A stretch of DNA of 64,000 bases, taken from positions 4,218-68,217 of the forward strand of contig CAMYVD010000004.1 in the NCBI GenBank assembly GCA_947302205.1, given 5' to 3'. The position numbers were made by a program, and so were the translations under genes. Shown piece by piece: positions 45,455 to 55,985 of this stretch. Under the pieces are notes generated by a model that saw only the letters and a list, made by a program, of their open reading frames with translations, had not been told where the DNA came from and searched no databases. The DNA comes from an uncultured Bacteroidales bacterium (GTDB taxonomy: Bacteria; Bacteroidota; Bacteroidia; Bacteroidales; F082). Position 1 is the first letter of the stretch, and each line of letters starts with the position of its first letter.

Positions 45455-47068
45455 TTACTTGATGTTCGGTTCTTCCAGTCCGAGGTGCTTCTTGGCATCC
45501 ACACGTTTCAGGATGATACCGATGATCAAAGCGGCCACGCCAAGGCAGGCAAGCATCACCAGAGGCCAAGTGTAGTTGAGGGCCACCGGGTCATCGACGC
45601 CTGGGTTGGTGTTTTCAAGTACCTTACCGATGAGCAGCGGGAACAGCCACAGACCGATGTTCTGGATCCAGAAAATCAGTGCGTATGCTGAACCGATGAT
45701 CTTTTCGTCTACCAGCTTTGGCACGCTTGGCCACAAGGCGGCAGGCACCAGTGAGAACGAGGCACCCAACACCAGAATGGTCACGTAAGCCACGATGACA
45801 CCACCGACGGCATTGCCCTTGAACATAGGCAGGATGAATGCGAAGGTGAGGTGGCAGATGATGAGCAGCAATGAGCCGATCATCAGCATGGAAGCGGCTT
45901 TGCCCTTATTGTCGACATAGCTGCCGAGGATTGGAGTGATGGCCACAGCCAACAGCGGGAACACAGCGAAGATGGTCTCGGCGGTGCCACGCATGTAACC
46001 CATGTAGCAGTAAACTATAAGGGCGACGACGGCAACGGCCATCAAACCGAACTTCAAGCTTTTCTTCTTCGAGAAGTTGCTGGCAAAAGAGCAGACAGCA
46101 ACAACAAGCATGATGATGTATTGCACGATGGTGACCGTGTCGCCAGCCCAGAACGAACCTGCTTCAGGAGCGCTCAAGGTAAGGTTGCACTGCAGCATGT
46201 TTACGGCATATTTCTGGAAGGGGAAGATGGCTGAGTAGTAAAGCACGCAAAGGAGGGCGACCAGCCAGAAACCGAGGCTCGACAAAATCTTGCCGATATC
46301 GGATACCTTGAAAGGATCGTCTTTCTCTTCAGCTTCACCAGTCTGAGCGTCAAGTTTCTTATCCATGAAGAAATAGACAACGAACATGATGAGGGCGATG
46401 CAGAGGAGCACTACGCCGAAAGCCACGGAACGGCTCACGTTGATAGAGCCACCGAGACGGGCGAAATAGGGCGAGAAGATCATGCAGGTGGCCACACCCA
46501 AGCGGGCGAGTGCCATCTCTGAACCCATGGCCAGGGCGGTCTCACGACCCTTGAACCACTTGACGATACCACGGCTCACGGTAATGCCGGCCATCTCTGT
46601 GCCGCAACCGAAGATCATGAAACCGAGGGCGGCCAACTTGGCGGAAGCGGGCATGCCGCGGTAGAACGGAGAAACGCCTAATTCTTCGAACACAGGGATG
46701 TAGTTGAGGTTGTTGTTGAACCAGGTCTCAGCACCGCTGCCGTAGAACGACTCGCTGATGGCGTAGTACTTGATCAAACCGCCGACGAGCATGACGGCGC
46801 CTGAGAGCACTGCGGTGAAACGCACACCCATCTTGTCGAGGATGATACCTGCGAAAATCAGGAAGAACACGAAGACGTTCAGGAAGGTCTCAGCACCCTG
46901 CATGGTGCCGAAAGCGAGGCTGTCCCATCCACGTTCGGTTTGCATCAGGTCCTTGATGGGGGACAGGATGTCCATGAAAATGTAGCTGCAGAACATGGCT
47001 AAGGCCAAAAGCAGCAGGGCAATCCACCTCATGGTGGGATTGTCTCTCAATGTGAGTTTTTCTGTCAT
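45455..47068 (-). CDS. MFS transporter
   Basis: 537 aa with about 12-14 hydrophobic helices. Substrate not inferable. Confidence 0.7.
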   Translation of the reverse strand: MTEKLTLRDNPTMRWIALLLLALAMFCSYIFMDILSPIKDLMQTERGWDSLAFGTMQGAETFLNVFVFFLIFAGIILDKMGVRFTAVLSGAVMLVGGLIKYYAISESFYGSGAETWFNNNLNYIPVFEELGVSPFYRGMPASAKLAALGFMIFGCGTEMAGITVSRGIVKWFKGRETALAMGSEMALARLGVATCMIFSPYFARLGGSINVSRSVAFGVVLLCIALIMFVVYFFMDKKLDAQTGEAEEKDDPFKVSDIGKILSSLGFWLVALLCVLYYSAIFPFQKYAVNMLQCNLTLSAPEAGSFWAGDTVTIVQYIIMLVVAVCSFASNFSKKKSLKFGLMAVAVVALIVYCYMGYMRGTAETIFAVFPLLAVAITPILGSYVDNKGKAASMLMIGSLLLIICHLTFAFILPMFKGNAVGGVIVAYVTILVLGASFSLVPAALWPSVPKLVDEKIIGSAYALIFWIQNIGLWLFPLLIGKVLENTNPGVDDPVALNYTWPLVMLACLGVAALIIGIILKRVDAKKHLGLEEPNIK

Positions 47069-47093
47069 TGTGATACTATTTTAATTTGTTTGA

Positions 47094-49898
47094 TTATTCG
47101 GGAAGTTGAACGATTTCCTTCTTGTAGCCTTTCAGCACTTCCTTGGCGAAGTCGGCGATGGCCTGAGGCGTGATGCTCTTGACGATGGCGTCATATTCGC
47201 CAACGATGTTGATCTTGTCTTCGTCGAAGGTTTCCATGGCGTTGATCCAGAAGCTGTTCTCCTCAAGCTGTTCGGTGCGTTTCTTGTAGAGGTTTTCGAC
47301 AACCTTGGTGAGGTCTTCCTGGGCGGGACCGTTCTTGGCCACGTCGTTGAGGCCTTCGTAAACCTTGCCCATGAGCTTTTCGTACATTTCCTTGTTGGTG
47401 TCGAAAGCGACGAGGAACAGGAAGGCATCCTTAGGCTTGTCGGTGATCTGGCCCATGACGCCAACACCGTAGGTGCCGCCTTCCTCTTCACGGATGGTAC
47501 GGGTGTAATAGATGTCCATCACATCGCTCAAAGCCTTCATGTAGAGCTGGTTGCGATAGTTGTACTCCATGGTGCCATTCAGGATCATATAGATGCTGGC
47601 TTTGGGGTTCTGCATCTGTTTGCTGAAGTGGCAGATGTTATCCTTCTCTGGAATGCCGAGGTTGATGTCTTTCCAGCTTTCCTTGCGTTTGTCGGCTTTC
47701 AGGGATGCCAGGTATTGCTCAACCATGGGCTTGAAGGTCTCGGGATCGATGTTGCCCACGAAGTAGAAGGTGAAGTTGTTAGGATCGGCGAAGCGGTCGC
47801 CGTAAAGCTTCATGGCCTTGGCATAGTCGATCTTGTCGATATCGGAGGCTTTGGTTCTCATGCGGAGCGGATGGTTGTTGTAGAGCACGCTGATGAGCGA
47901 GTCGGAGAAGGTGACCATCGGGTTGAGCTCTTGGTTTTCAAGGGCAGCCTTGGTGCGCTGTGCATAGGACTGGAAGGCTTCTTCGTCGGAACGTGGAGCG
48001 GTGAAATACAAATAGATGAGCTGCATCATCGTCTCCAAGTCCTTGGGTGAGCAGTTGCCGCTAATGCCTTCTTGGTAGCTCTCGATGTAAGGCGTGACAC
48101 GCACTTTCTTGCCGGCGAGCACCTTGGGCAGGTCAGTGGCGCTGAAGTTGCCCACGCCGCCGAGGGTGATGACTTCGTCAAGGCTTGACAGCGTAACGAA
48201 GTCTTCCTGCTTGAGGGCGGAAAGACCACCTTCGCTAATGCCTCTGAAGCGGATTTCGTCTTCCTTGAAGGTGGTCTTCTTATAGACAACCTTCATGCCG
48301 TTGCTGAGGGTCATGACAACAGCGTCGAATTCAGGTTTCAGCTCTTCTTTCTTGATCTTGCCGGGTTTAGGCATGTCAGCGACCATTGGGCCTTCGAACA
48401 CTTCTTCCTTGTAAGGCTCTACCTGAGCCGCATTGGCAGTGTTGTAAATCTTCAGGACTTCTTCCTTGGTGGGAAGGACTTCGCCGTCTTTCTTAGGAGC
48501 GGTCACAGTGATCACGAGGTTGTTTGCAGGGATGAGCTGTGCGGCAAAGGCATTGATGGCCTCGATGGGGAGATTCGGGATCACCTGTTGATACAAGGCG
48601 TATTCGGTCTCGATGCCCATCATAGGCTCGTTGCTGAGGAAGTGTTCCAGGCACTCATTGACATAGGTCCCATTCTCAGTGTTGTTTCTTTCGTTGTATT
48701 GGCTTTCAATGCGCTTCATGAAGTCGGCCTTGGCACGTTCGTATTCCGAAGCGGTGAAGCCGAATTGGGCCATGCGCTTGTTCTCGGTGACCAAGGCGGT
48801 GATGGCTTCGTCGATGCCTTTGGCATCCTTGGCCATGGCTCTGCTGCACCATGCGTCCTTGGTGGGAGCAAGGTAATAGTTGGAGTAATAGCTATAACCA
48901 TAGACGAATGGAGGGTTGGCTTTCTGGGTGAGCTCGCGCAGACGGTTGATCTCCATCTGGGAGATGATGCCCAGAACGTATTGCCCGATCCAATATTGTA
49001 TGTCGTTCTTCAATGAGTCGGGGGTGGCATCGGTCTTGTAATAGAGGCAAATTTCGTAGTTGGTTTCCTCAGGGTCGGAGGCAATGGCCACGATGGGTTC
49101 TTCATTGTCTTCAATCATGAATTGTGTTCTTGGAGCAGGATTCACGGGAGCCTTGATGTCAGCGCATAGCTCCTTGATGCGGGCTTCGATGGCGTCAACG
49201 TCAACGTCACCAACGATGATCAGGCCCTGGAGGTCAGGACGATACCACTTGTGGTAGTAGTCGCGGAGGGTCTGGTATTCGAAGTTGGCAACCACCTCAG
49301 GCAGACCGCCGGGCAGACGGTTGGCATAGGGGCTGTTGGGGTACATGACGGGGAGAATCTCCTTCATGATACGCTCGCTGGCGTCCTCACGGGTGCGGAG
49401 CTCCTCAAGGATGACGCCACGCTCGTTGTCAATCTCTTCTTCCTGGAGTGCGATGAAGCTTGACCAGTCGTGGAGGATGAGCAGGCAGGTATCCACCAGC
49501 CCAGGGATGTTGGTAGGCACGTTGGTGACCATGTACACAGTCTGGTCGATGCCAGTGCCAGCGTTGAGGTTTTCACCGAACTTGATGCCACGGCTTTGGA
49601 GATACTCGCGGAGCATCATGCCGGGGAGGTTGGTGGTGCCGTTAAAGGCCATGTGCTCCAGGAAGTGGGCAAGGCCGCGCTGTGGCTCTTCCTCAAGGAT
49701 GGAACCGACTTTCTGGGCGATGTAAAAGTCGGCACGTTGAGCCGGCTTCTCGTTGTGACGGATGTAATAAGTCATTCCGTTGTCAAGCTTGCCGTATCTC
49801 ACGTTGGGATCCATCGGAGTAGGCATCTGCTGGGCCATGGCATTAAAGCCAAAGGCCATCAAAAAAGCGATTGCTAAAGTTAGTTTAAACTTTTTCAT
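47094..49898 (-). CDS. M16-family (insulinase/pitrilysin-like) zinc peptidase
   Basis: Signal peptide and the inverted zinc motif HFLEHMAFNG (HxxEH). 934 aa. Confidence 0.85.
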   Translation of the reverse strand: MKKFKLTLAIAFLMAFGFNAMAQQMPTPMDPNVRYGKLDNGMTYYIRHNEKPAQRADFYIAQKVGSILEEEPQRGLAHFLEHMAFNGTTNLPGMMLREYLQSRGIKFGENLNAGTGIDQTVYMVTNVPTNIPGLVDTCLLILHDWSSFIALQEEEIDNERGVILEELRTREDASERIMKEILPVMYPNSPYANRLPGGLPEVVANFEYQTLRDYYHKWYRPDLQGLIIVGDVDVDAIEARIKELCADIKAPVNPAPRTQFMIEDNEEPIVAIASDPEETNYEICLYYKTDATPDSLKNDIQYWIGQYVLGIISQMEINRLRELTQKANPPFVYGYSYYSNYYLAPTKDAWCSRAMAKDAKGIDEAITALVTENKRMAQFGFTASEYERAKADFMKRIESQYNERNNTENGTYVNECLEHFLSNEPMMGIETEYALYQQVIPNLPIEAINAFAAQLIPANNLVITVTAPKKDGEVLPTKEEVLKIYNTANAAQVEPYKEEVFEGPMVADMPKPGKIKKEELKPEFDAVVMTLSNGMKVVYKKTTFKEDEIRFRGISEGGLSALKQEDFVTLSSLDEVITLGGVGNFSATDLPKVLAGKKVRVTPYIESYQEGISGNCSPKDLETMMQLIYLYFTAPRSDEEAFQSYAQRTKAALENQELNPMVTFSDSLISVLYNNHPLRMRTKASDIDKIDYAKAMKLYGDRFADPNNFTFYFVGNIDPETFKPMVEQYLASLKADKRKESWKDINLGIPEKDNICHFSKQMQNPKASIYMILNGTMEYNYRNQLYMKALSDVMDIYYTRTIREEEGGTYGVGVMGQITDKPKDAFLFLVAFDTNKEMYEKLMGKVYEGLNDVAKNGPAQEDLTKVVENLYKKRTEQLEENSFWINAMETFDEDKINIVGEYDAIVKSITPQAIADFAKEVLKGYKKEIVQLPE

Positions 49899-49939
49899 AG
49901 TTGATTTATTTAGGATTCTTACTTCTGTCTTCTGACTTC

Positions 49940-50566
49940 TTAATAAAGGTGCACCACATACTTCTCCTCAAAATATTCTTCCTTGAAGTATTTCGATACG
50001 GGAGTCTTCTTGTAATGCCAGTATTTGGCGATGGCTTGGAACTCTGCCTTGAGGTCACCGCCTTTGAGGTAAAGGATGCCGCCTGCTTCTTCGTCGCCTC
50101 TGATCCTCAGTTTGTTGCCTGCTAGGTTGGCAATCTCAGGCAAGGTCATCACGGCGCGGCCGGTGACAATGTCGAACTTTTCTCTGACTTCCTCGGCGCG
50201 CTTGTGCTCAGCCACCACGTTCTTCAAACCGATGGCGTCCTTGACGGCGTTTACCACGTTGATTTTCTTGCCAGTGCCGTCAATCAAATAAAACTCGGCA
50301 TCGGGAAACATAATCGCCAAAGGGATCCCGGGGAATCCTCCGCCGGTGCCAAGGTCCATCACCCGCATGCCCGGAAGGATGTCGAAATATTTGGCGATGG
50401 CCAGGGAGTGTAATACATGGTGCTCATAGAAATGGTCCATGTCCTTCCGGGAAATGACGTTGATCTTGCTGTTCCAGTCCAAGTACAAAGCTTTCAACTG
50501 GTTGAACTGATCTATCTGCGTCTCGGAGAGCTCCTTGAAATAATTGAACAGGCCGGTCGTATCCAT
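49940..50566 (-). CDS. rsmG: 16S rRNA (guanine527-N7)-methyltransferase
   Basis: ..VMDLGTGGGFPGIPLAI..; 208 aa. Confidence 0.85.
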   Translation of the reverse strand: MDTTGLFNYFKELSETQIDQFNQLKALYLDWNSKINVISRKDMDHFYEHHVLHSLAIAKYFDILPGMRVMDLGTGGGFPGIPLAIMFPDAEFYLIDGTGKKINVVNAVKDAIGLKNVVAEHKRAEEVREKFDIVTGRAVMTLPEIANLAGNKLRIRGDEEAGGILYLKGGDLKAEFQAIAKYWHYKKTPVSKYFKEEYFEEKYVVHLY

Positions 50567-50665
50567 AATAATATATTAAACTTACAAAAATACGAATTTA
50601 TTGAATACGATTGTAGAAACACAAAAAAGTTTTGTATTTTTACCTCCTGAAAATTGAACACCAGA

Positions 50666-51643
50666 ATGAGACGTTTGCTGTTTTTTATGATGCTGCTGCC
50701 GATTTCATTGATGGCGCAGAAAATTACCGTTGAAGAATACATTGAGACCTATAAGGACATCGCCATGAGGGAAATGAGGGATCATAAGATTCCGGCATCG
50801 ATCACCTTGGCCCAAGGCATCATCGAGTCGGGGGCGGGCAATAGTGCCTTGGCGCGTGAGGCAAAAAACCATTTCGGCATCAAGTGCCATAAGGAATGGA
50901 AAGGCAAGACCTACACCATGGACGACGATGAGAAGAACGAGTGTTTTCGCGTGTACAAAAACGCCGAGGAATCGTTTCGCGACCATTCGGAGTTCCTTAC
51001 GAGCCGTCCCCGGTATGCCGACCTCTTCAAGCTCGACATCATGGATTACAGATCATGGGCCAATGGCTTGAAGGCTGCCGGCTATGCCACCAATCCCGCC
51101 TATGCCACCATGCTGATCAATCGCATCGAGCTGAACAAGCTGTATTTGTATGACCAACTTGCCATGGGAAAAATCAACGAAAATGAGGCCGAGCAACAGA
51201 TAGAGTCGGAAGAGGAAAACACCGACGAGGACATCGAGTTGGAACTGGCTTATTCGCCTGCCGACAAATCGGCGTATGAATTGGTTGACATGACGGCCGA
51301 CAAACGTTTCATCTATGAGAACAACGGTGTGAGATTCCTATATGCCAAGGAGGGCGAGACGCCTGAAAGCCTTTCAAAAGAATTGAGAATCAGGAAGAGG
51401 CAACTGTGCCAATTCAATTTGGTCCAGCGTCCGGATGAAATGGTGTTCCATTACGGGGACGTGGTGTATTTGGAAAAACTTCGCAACAACAACAGAAAGG
51501 TTAAAAAATACGTTGCTGACGGCAATGAGAGCGTTCGCGACATTGCCTTGCGCTTTGCGGTGCAGCCCGAACGGATTGTCAAGATGAACAAACTTGAGAA
51601 AGGAAAGAGTCTCAAGGCTGGGCAAAAGATCAGGTTACGATAG
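50666..51643 (+). CDS. Glucosaminidase (GH73-like) domain protein with two LysM domains
   Basis: ..ITLAQGIIESGAGNSALAREAKNHFGIK.. plus C-terminal LysM-like repeats. I chose the ATG at 50666 over the TTG at 50654. Confidence 0.75.
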   Translation: MRRLLFFMMLLPISLMAQKITVEEYIETYKDIAMREMRDHKIPASITLAQGIIESGAGNSALAREAKNHFGIKCHKEWKGKTYTMDDDEKNECFRVYKNAEESFRDHSEFLTSRPRYADLFKLDIMDYRSWANGLKAAGYATNPAYATMLINRIELNKLYLYDQLAMGKINENEAEQQIESEEENTDEDIELELAYSPADKSAYELVDMTADKRFIYENNGVRFLYAKEGETPESLSKELRIRKRQLCQFNLVQRPDEMVFHYGDVVYLEKLRNNNRKVKKYVADGNESVRDIALRFAVQPERIVKMNKLEKGKSLKAGQKIRLR

Positions 51644-54472
51644 TTCTTGGCGAAGGTATTGCGCGGTGTAGCTCTCCTCGTGTTGGGCGACTTCCTCGGG
51701 AGTGCCTTGGCAGATGATTTCGCCGCCTCTGTCTCCTCCTTCAGGACCCATGTCGATAATGTAATCCGCCAGTTTGATCACATCCATGTTGTGCTCGATG
51801 ATGAGCACCGTATTGCCTTTGTCAACCAACTTGTTCAGCACGCTCATCAACACCTTGATGTCCTCGAAATGCAAGCCTGTGGTGGGCTCGTCAAGCACAT
51901 ACAGCGTCTTTCCGGTGTCGCGTTTGGCAAGTTCGGTGGCGAGTTTTACGCGCTGGGCTTCGCCGCCTGAGATGGTGGTTGATGCTTGGCCTAAAGTGAG
52001 ATAACCCAAGCCGACATCTTGTAAGGTTTTGATTTTCTGTATGATGGATGGGATGTTCTCAAAGAATGACACAGCCTCGTTGATGGTCATGTTGAGCACA
52101 TCGTTGATGGATTTGCCTTTGTAGCGAACCTCTAAGGTTTCACGGTTATAGCGCTTGCCTTGGCATTCTTCGCAAACCACTGATACATCGGGGAGGAAGT
52201 TCATCTCGATGAGTTTCATGCCGGCGCCCTTACAGGCCTCGCAGCGTCCACCCTTCACGTTGAATGAGAACCGCCCTGCTTTGTAATTGCGGATTTTGGC
52301 TTCAGGCAATTCTCCAAACAGCTTGCGGATGTCATCGAACACCTTGGTGTAGGTGGCAGGGTTGGAGCGAGGCGTGCGTCCGATGGGGGCTTGGTCGATC
52401 TCAATGATCTTGTCAATCAGTTCAATACCTTCGATGCTGGCATAGGGTAGGGGCTCCTTCACCGAACGGTAGAATTTCTTGCTGAGGATGGGGGTAAGGG
52501 TCTCATTGACCAAAGTGGATTTTCCTGATCCTGAAACACCTGTGATACAAGTCATTACTCCCAGAGGAAGCTTGAGGGTGACGTTCTTCAGGTTGTGGCC
52601 GGTGGCTCCATTAACAATAAGGTATTGCCCTTCAATGGGCTTGCGTCTTTCTTTGGGAATTTCAATGGTGCGGGTGCCGTTCAGGTAGTCACAAGTGATG
52701 GAGTGGCCTTGCATGGCTTCTTCTGGAGTGCCTGCAAATACCACTTCTCCGCCGTGGCGACCGGCACCGGGACCGATGTCAACCAAATAGTCGGCATTGA
52801 GCATGGTGTCCTTGTCGTGCTCCACCACGATGACGGAGTTGCCAATGTCGCGTAACTCTTTCAATGACTGAATCAGCCGATGGTTATCTCTTTGGTGAAG
52901 GCCGATGCTAGGCTCATCCAAGATGTACAGCACTCCCGTGAGTTGTGATCCAATTTGGGTGGCCAGACGGATGCGTTGAGCCTCGCCTCCTGAGAGCGAT
53001 GCCGCTGGACGGTTGAGGCTTAGGTAGTCAATGCCGATATCCAACAGGAAATGCACTCGCTTGTCAATTTCACGCAGAATCTCCTTTCCGATTTCATTTT
53101 GGCGCTCATTGAGTTTCGATGGAAGCGTCTCAATCCACTGGCATAGCGAATAGGTGTCCATCTCGGCCACTTCGGCGATGTTTTTGCCGTCGATGAGGAA
53201 ATACTGAGCCTCTTTTTTGAGTCGGGTGCCATGGCAAACGGGGCAGGTGACGTGATTCATGAACGATCCAGCCCAATGGGCGATACTGGCGGGAGCGTCT
53301 TCGTTGTTTTGGCTTTCGATGAAACGGATGATGCCTTCGAAATTGATTTTGTAGATGCTGTTAATGCCGATGTATTCGCGTTTTACCTCAAAGGTCTCGT
53401 TGGTGCCATAAAGGATCACGTCCAAAGCCTCGTCTGAGATTTCTTTCATCGGAGTGTCCAAGGTAAAGCCGTATTTCAATCCAATGGCTTCAAGTTGGTG
53501 GAAAATCCAGCTGCCCGACTTGTATTCACCTGCCGGTGCCAGCCCGCCTTTCTTGATGCTCAGGTCGGGATTGGGGATGAGTTTTTCCTTGTCAACCACG
53601 GTGATTTCGCCCATGCCGTTGCATTTGGGACAAGCGCCATAGGGGGAGTTGAACGAAAAAGTGTTGGGCTCGGGATCCTCGTAGGATAGGCCGGTGGTGG
53701 GACACATCAGCAGACGGCTGAAATAACGCACCTGCCCGGTTTCATGATCCATCACCATCAACAGGCCTTTGCCATAGCGGAAGGCCGTTTGCACCGACTT
53801 GGTGATGCGGCTCTTGCCGTCGTCATTGACTTCAAGACGGTCCACCACAATCTCGATGTCGTGGGTTTTGTAGCGGTCGAGCATCATGCCGAACTCAATC
53901 TCGCGCATCTCTCCATCCACTCGCACCCGGGTGAATCCAGCCTGGCGGATGTGCTCAAACAGCTCGCGATAATGGCCTTTACGTCCTCTGACGGAAGGGG
54001 CAAGGATGTGGATGCGCCTCCCATGGTAGTCCTTGAGAATGAGTTCAGTGATCTGCTCCTCAGAGTAACGTACCATGCGCTCTCCGGTGTTGTAGGAGTA
54101 GGCTTCGCCGATTCGGGCGTAAAGTAATCTCAAAAAATCATAAATCTCGGTGATTGTGCCAACAGTGGATCGTGGGTTTTTGTTGACTGACTTTTGCTCA
54201 ATGGAGATGACGGGACTCAATCCCGTGATTTTGTCAACGTCAGGGCGTTCCATGTTGCCGATGAACTGTCGGGCGTAGGCAGAGAAACTTTCCATGTAGC
54301 GGCGTTGGCCCTCGGCGTAGATGGTGTCGAAAGCCAAGGACGACTTGCCGCTGCCGCTGATGCCGGTGACGACCACCAAGGCATTGCGCGGTATTGAAAG
54401 GTCGATGTCTTTCAGGTTGTTCTCGCGAGCACCTAAAATTTCTAGCGTCTTATCTTCCGAGAATTCATTCAT
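51635..54472 (-). CDS. uvrA: Excinuclease ABC subunit A
   Basis: 945 aa. Two ABC modules (GISGSGKSS and GVSGSGKST) and zinc-finger Cys clusters. Confidence 0.95.
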   Translation of the reverse strand: MNEFSEDKTLEILGARENNLKDIDLSIPRNALVVVTGISGSGKSSLAFDTIYAEGQRRYMESFSAYARQFIGNMERPDVDKITGLSPVISIEQKSVNKNPRSTVGTITEIYDFLRLLYARIGEAYSYNTGERMVRYSEEQITELILKDYHGRRIHILAPSVRGRKGHYRELFEHIRQAGFTRVRVDGEMREIEFGMMLDRYKTHDIEIVVDRLEVNDDGKSRITKSVQTAFRYGKGLLMVMDHETGQVRYFSRLLMCPTTGLSYEDPEPNTFSFNSPYGACPKCNGMGEITVVDKEKLIPNPDLSIKKGGLAPAGEYKSGSWIFHQLEAIGLKYGFTLDTPMKEISDEALDVILYGTNETFEVKREYIGINSIYKINFEGIIRFIESQNNEDAPASIAHWAGSFMNHVTCPVCHGTRLKKEAQYFLIDGKNIAEVAEMDTYSLCQWIETLPSKLNERQNEIGKEILREIDKRVHFLLDIGIDYLSLNRPAASLSGGEAQRIRLATQIGSQLTGVLYILDEPSIGLHQRDNHRLIQSLKELRDIGNSVIVVEHDKDTMLNADYLVDIGPGAGRHGGEVVFAGTPEEAMQGHSITCDYLNGTRTIEIPKERRKPIEGQYLIVNGATGHNLKNVTLKLPLGVMTCITGVSGSGKSTLVNETLTPILSKKFYRSVKEPLPYASIEGIELIDKIIEIDQAPIGRTPRSNPATYTKVFDDIRKLFGELPEAKIRNYKAGRFSFNVKGGRCEACKGAGMKLIEMNFLPDVSVVCEECQGKRYNRETLEVRYKGKSINDVLNMTINEAVSFFENIPSIIQKIKTLQDVGLGYLTLGQASTTISGGEAQRVKLATELAKRDTGKTLYVLDEPTTGLHFEDIKVLMSVLNKLVDKGNTVLIIEHNMDVIKLADYIIDMGPEGGDRGGEIICQGTPEEVAQHEESYTAQYLRQELS

Positions 54473-55413
54473 TTCGGTAGTTTAATCTGGTAGCTGTTTC
54501 CTTCGGAAATCGTCAACTTGTTGCTCCTAAGCCAGGGATTATAGTATTTGAGCATCTTGAGGTTGGTGCCCTTGTCAATGGCGAATTGGGCAAGGTCCTC
54601 GATGGTCTCAGTGACTGTGATGGTCTTGTATTCCAAGGGTTGGTACCAGCCTTCATCACTGATATGGAAACCGTATTTTTCAGGGTTCTGTGTGATCAGC
54701 TTGAATGCAAGAATGCGGTAGATGTAACGCTCGGTCTCGGCAGGTAGCAACAGATCGTAATAGGAAGACACATGTTGTTCCTCAATGGAGCGCGACACCT
54801 TGCCGCCACCGCAGTTGTAAGCTGCCGCCGATAATGTCCAGCTACCGAACTTGGCATATAAGTCCTTCAAGAAATCACACGCTATCTGGGTCTCCAACTC
54901 CTGATTGTAACGCATATCCACCTCCTTGTAAATCTCCAGTCCGTATTGTTTTCCGGTGCCTTCAAGAAACTGCCAGAAGCCGACGGCTTTAGAAGGTGAT
55001 ACCACGTTGGTCAAGTCACTCTCAATCATGGCCAGGTATTTGAAATCCTCTGGAAGGTTGTTCTTCTTCAGGATAGGCTCAATGACAGGGAACCAACGGG
55101 TCGTTCTTTTCAGCAGGAGAATAGTGTTGGAATGACGATAAGAATTGACTATTATCTCACGCTCAAGACTTTCCCGCACATAGAAACGGTCGAGCGGCAC
55201 GGGTTCGCCACAAAAATCAAGGGATTCAGGCAACTCAATGTCGTGGATGTTCTGGTCGAGATAGTCGAAACTCAGTACATCAGGATTGAGCTCGTTGTAA
55301 AAGCTGTCATCTTTCGTTCCGGTGCTTTGGGCGATGCCGAAAGTGATGGCAGCGGTTACACCTATTAATATAATAGCGGCGCCTATGGCTAAAAAGAGGT
55401 TCCTCGTTTTCAT
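54469..55413 (-). CDS. Lytic transglycosylase (MltD-like, SLT domain plus C-terminal LysM-like domain)
   Basis: ..[24 protein letters not shown]... 4-nt overlap with uvrA. Confidence 0.7.
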   Translation of the reverse strand: MKTRNLFLAIGAAIILIGVTAAITFGIAQSTGTKDDSFYNELNPDVLSFDYLDQNIHDIELPESLDFCGEPVPLDRFYVRESLEREIIVNSYRHSNTILLLKRTTRWFPVIEPILKKNNLPEDFKYLAMIESDLTNVVSPSKAVGFWQFLEGTGKQYGLEIYKEVDMRYNQELETQIACDFLKDLYAKFGSWTLSAAAYNCGGGKVSRSIEEQHVSSYYDLLLPAETERYIYRILAFKLITQNPEKYGFHISDEGWYQPLEYKTITVTETIEDLAQFAIDKGTNLKMLKYYNPWLRSNKLTISEGNSYQIKLPK

Positions 55414-55418
55414 TTTGT

Positions 55419-55961
55419 TCAGAATGGGGTGACGAAATCCTTAAAATGCGGCGAGACTTTATCTTTCTCGGATAAGATGGGGCTTTCGATGTCCCATCGG
55501 ATGCCCAGATCGGGATCGTTCCATCGGATGCTACCCTCGGATGCCTTGTTGTAGACATTGGTGCATTTGTAGGTGAACACCGAATAATCCTCAAGGCACA
55601 CGAATCCGTGGGCGAAGCCTTCCGGTATCCAGTACATGAACTTGTTGCCTTCGGTAAGTACCACCGATTCCCATTGCCCATAGGTAGGGGAACCTTTACG
55701 AAGGTCAACGGCCACGTCCCTGACGGCGCCTTTCACCACGCGTACCAATTTGCCTTGTGCGAAGGGCGGTTTCTGGAAGTGCAAGCCGCGCAATACTCCT
55801 TTCATGGATTGTGACTCGTTGTCTTGAACGAAGTTCATGTCAAGTCCGTGTTCCAGGAAGCGCTGCCTGTTATAGCTTTCGAAGAAATAGCCCCTTTCAT
55901 CCTGGAATACGTCCGGCTTGATAATCAGTAGGTCTTTGATTTTTGTTTCAACAATCTCCAT
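55419..55961 (-). CDS. rfbC: dTDP-4-dehydrorhamnose 3,5-epimerase
   Basis: ..FQDERGYFFES.., ..RGLHFQ.. and ..GFAHGF..; 180 aa. Confidence 0.9.
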   Translation of the reverse strand: MEIVETKIKDLLIIKPDVFQDERGYFFESYNRQRFLEHGLDMNFVQDNESQSMKGVLRGLHFQKPPFAQGKLVRVVKGAVRDVAVDLRKGSPTYGQWESVVLTEGNKFMYWIPEGFAHGFVCLEDYSVFTYKCTNVYNKASEGSIRWNDPDLGIRWDIESPILSEKDKVSPHFKDFVTPF

Positions 55962-55985
55962 TCTGTCTTCTGTCTTCTGACTTCT

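Noticed and set aside
47106-48050. Long antisense ORFs opposite well-supported genes. Examples: 47106-48050 (+), 4130-4777 (-), 9005-9700 (+), 9598-10284 (+), 28840-29523 (+), 32180-32878 (+), 35396-36097 (-), 55992-56675 (+), 59539-60222 (-).
   Set aside because: Each lies fully inside a gene with clear family motifs on the other strand. Their translations are low-information (rich in V, G, D, H and L). Open antisense frames of this kind are expected from the codon periodicity of the real gene.
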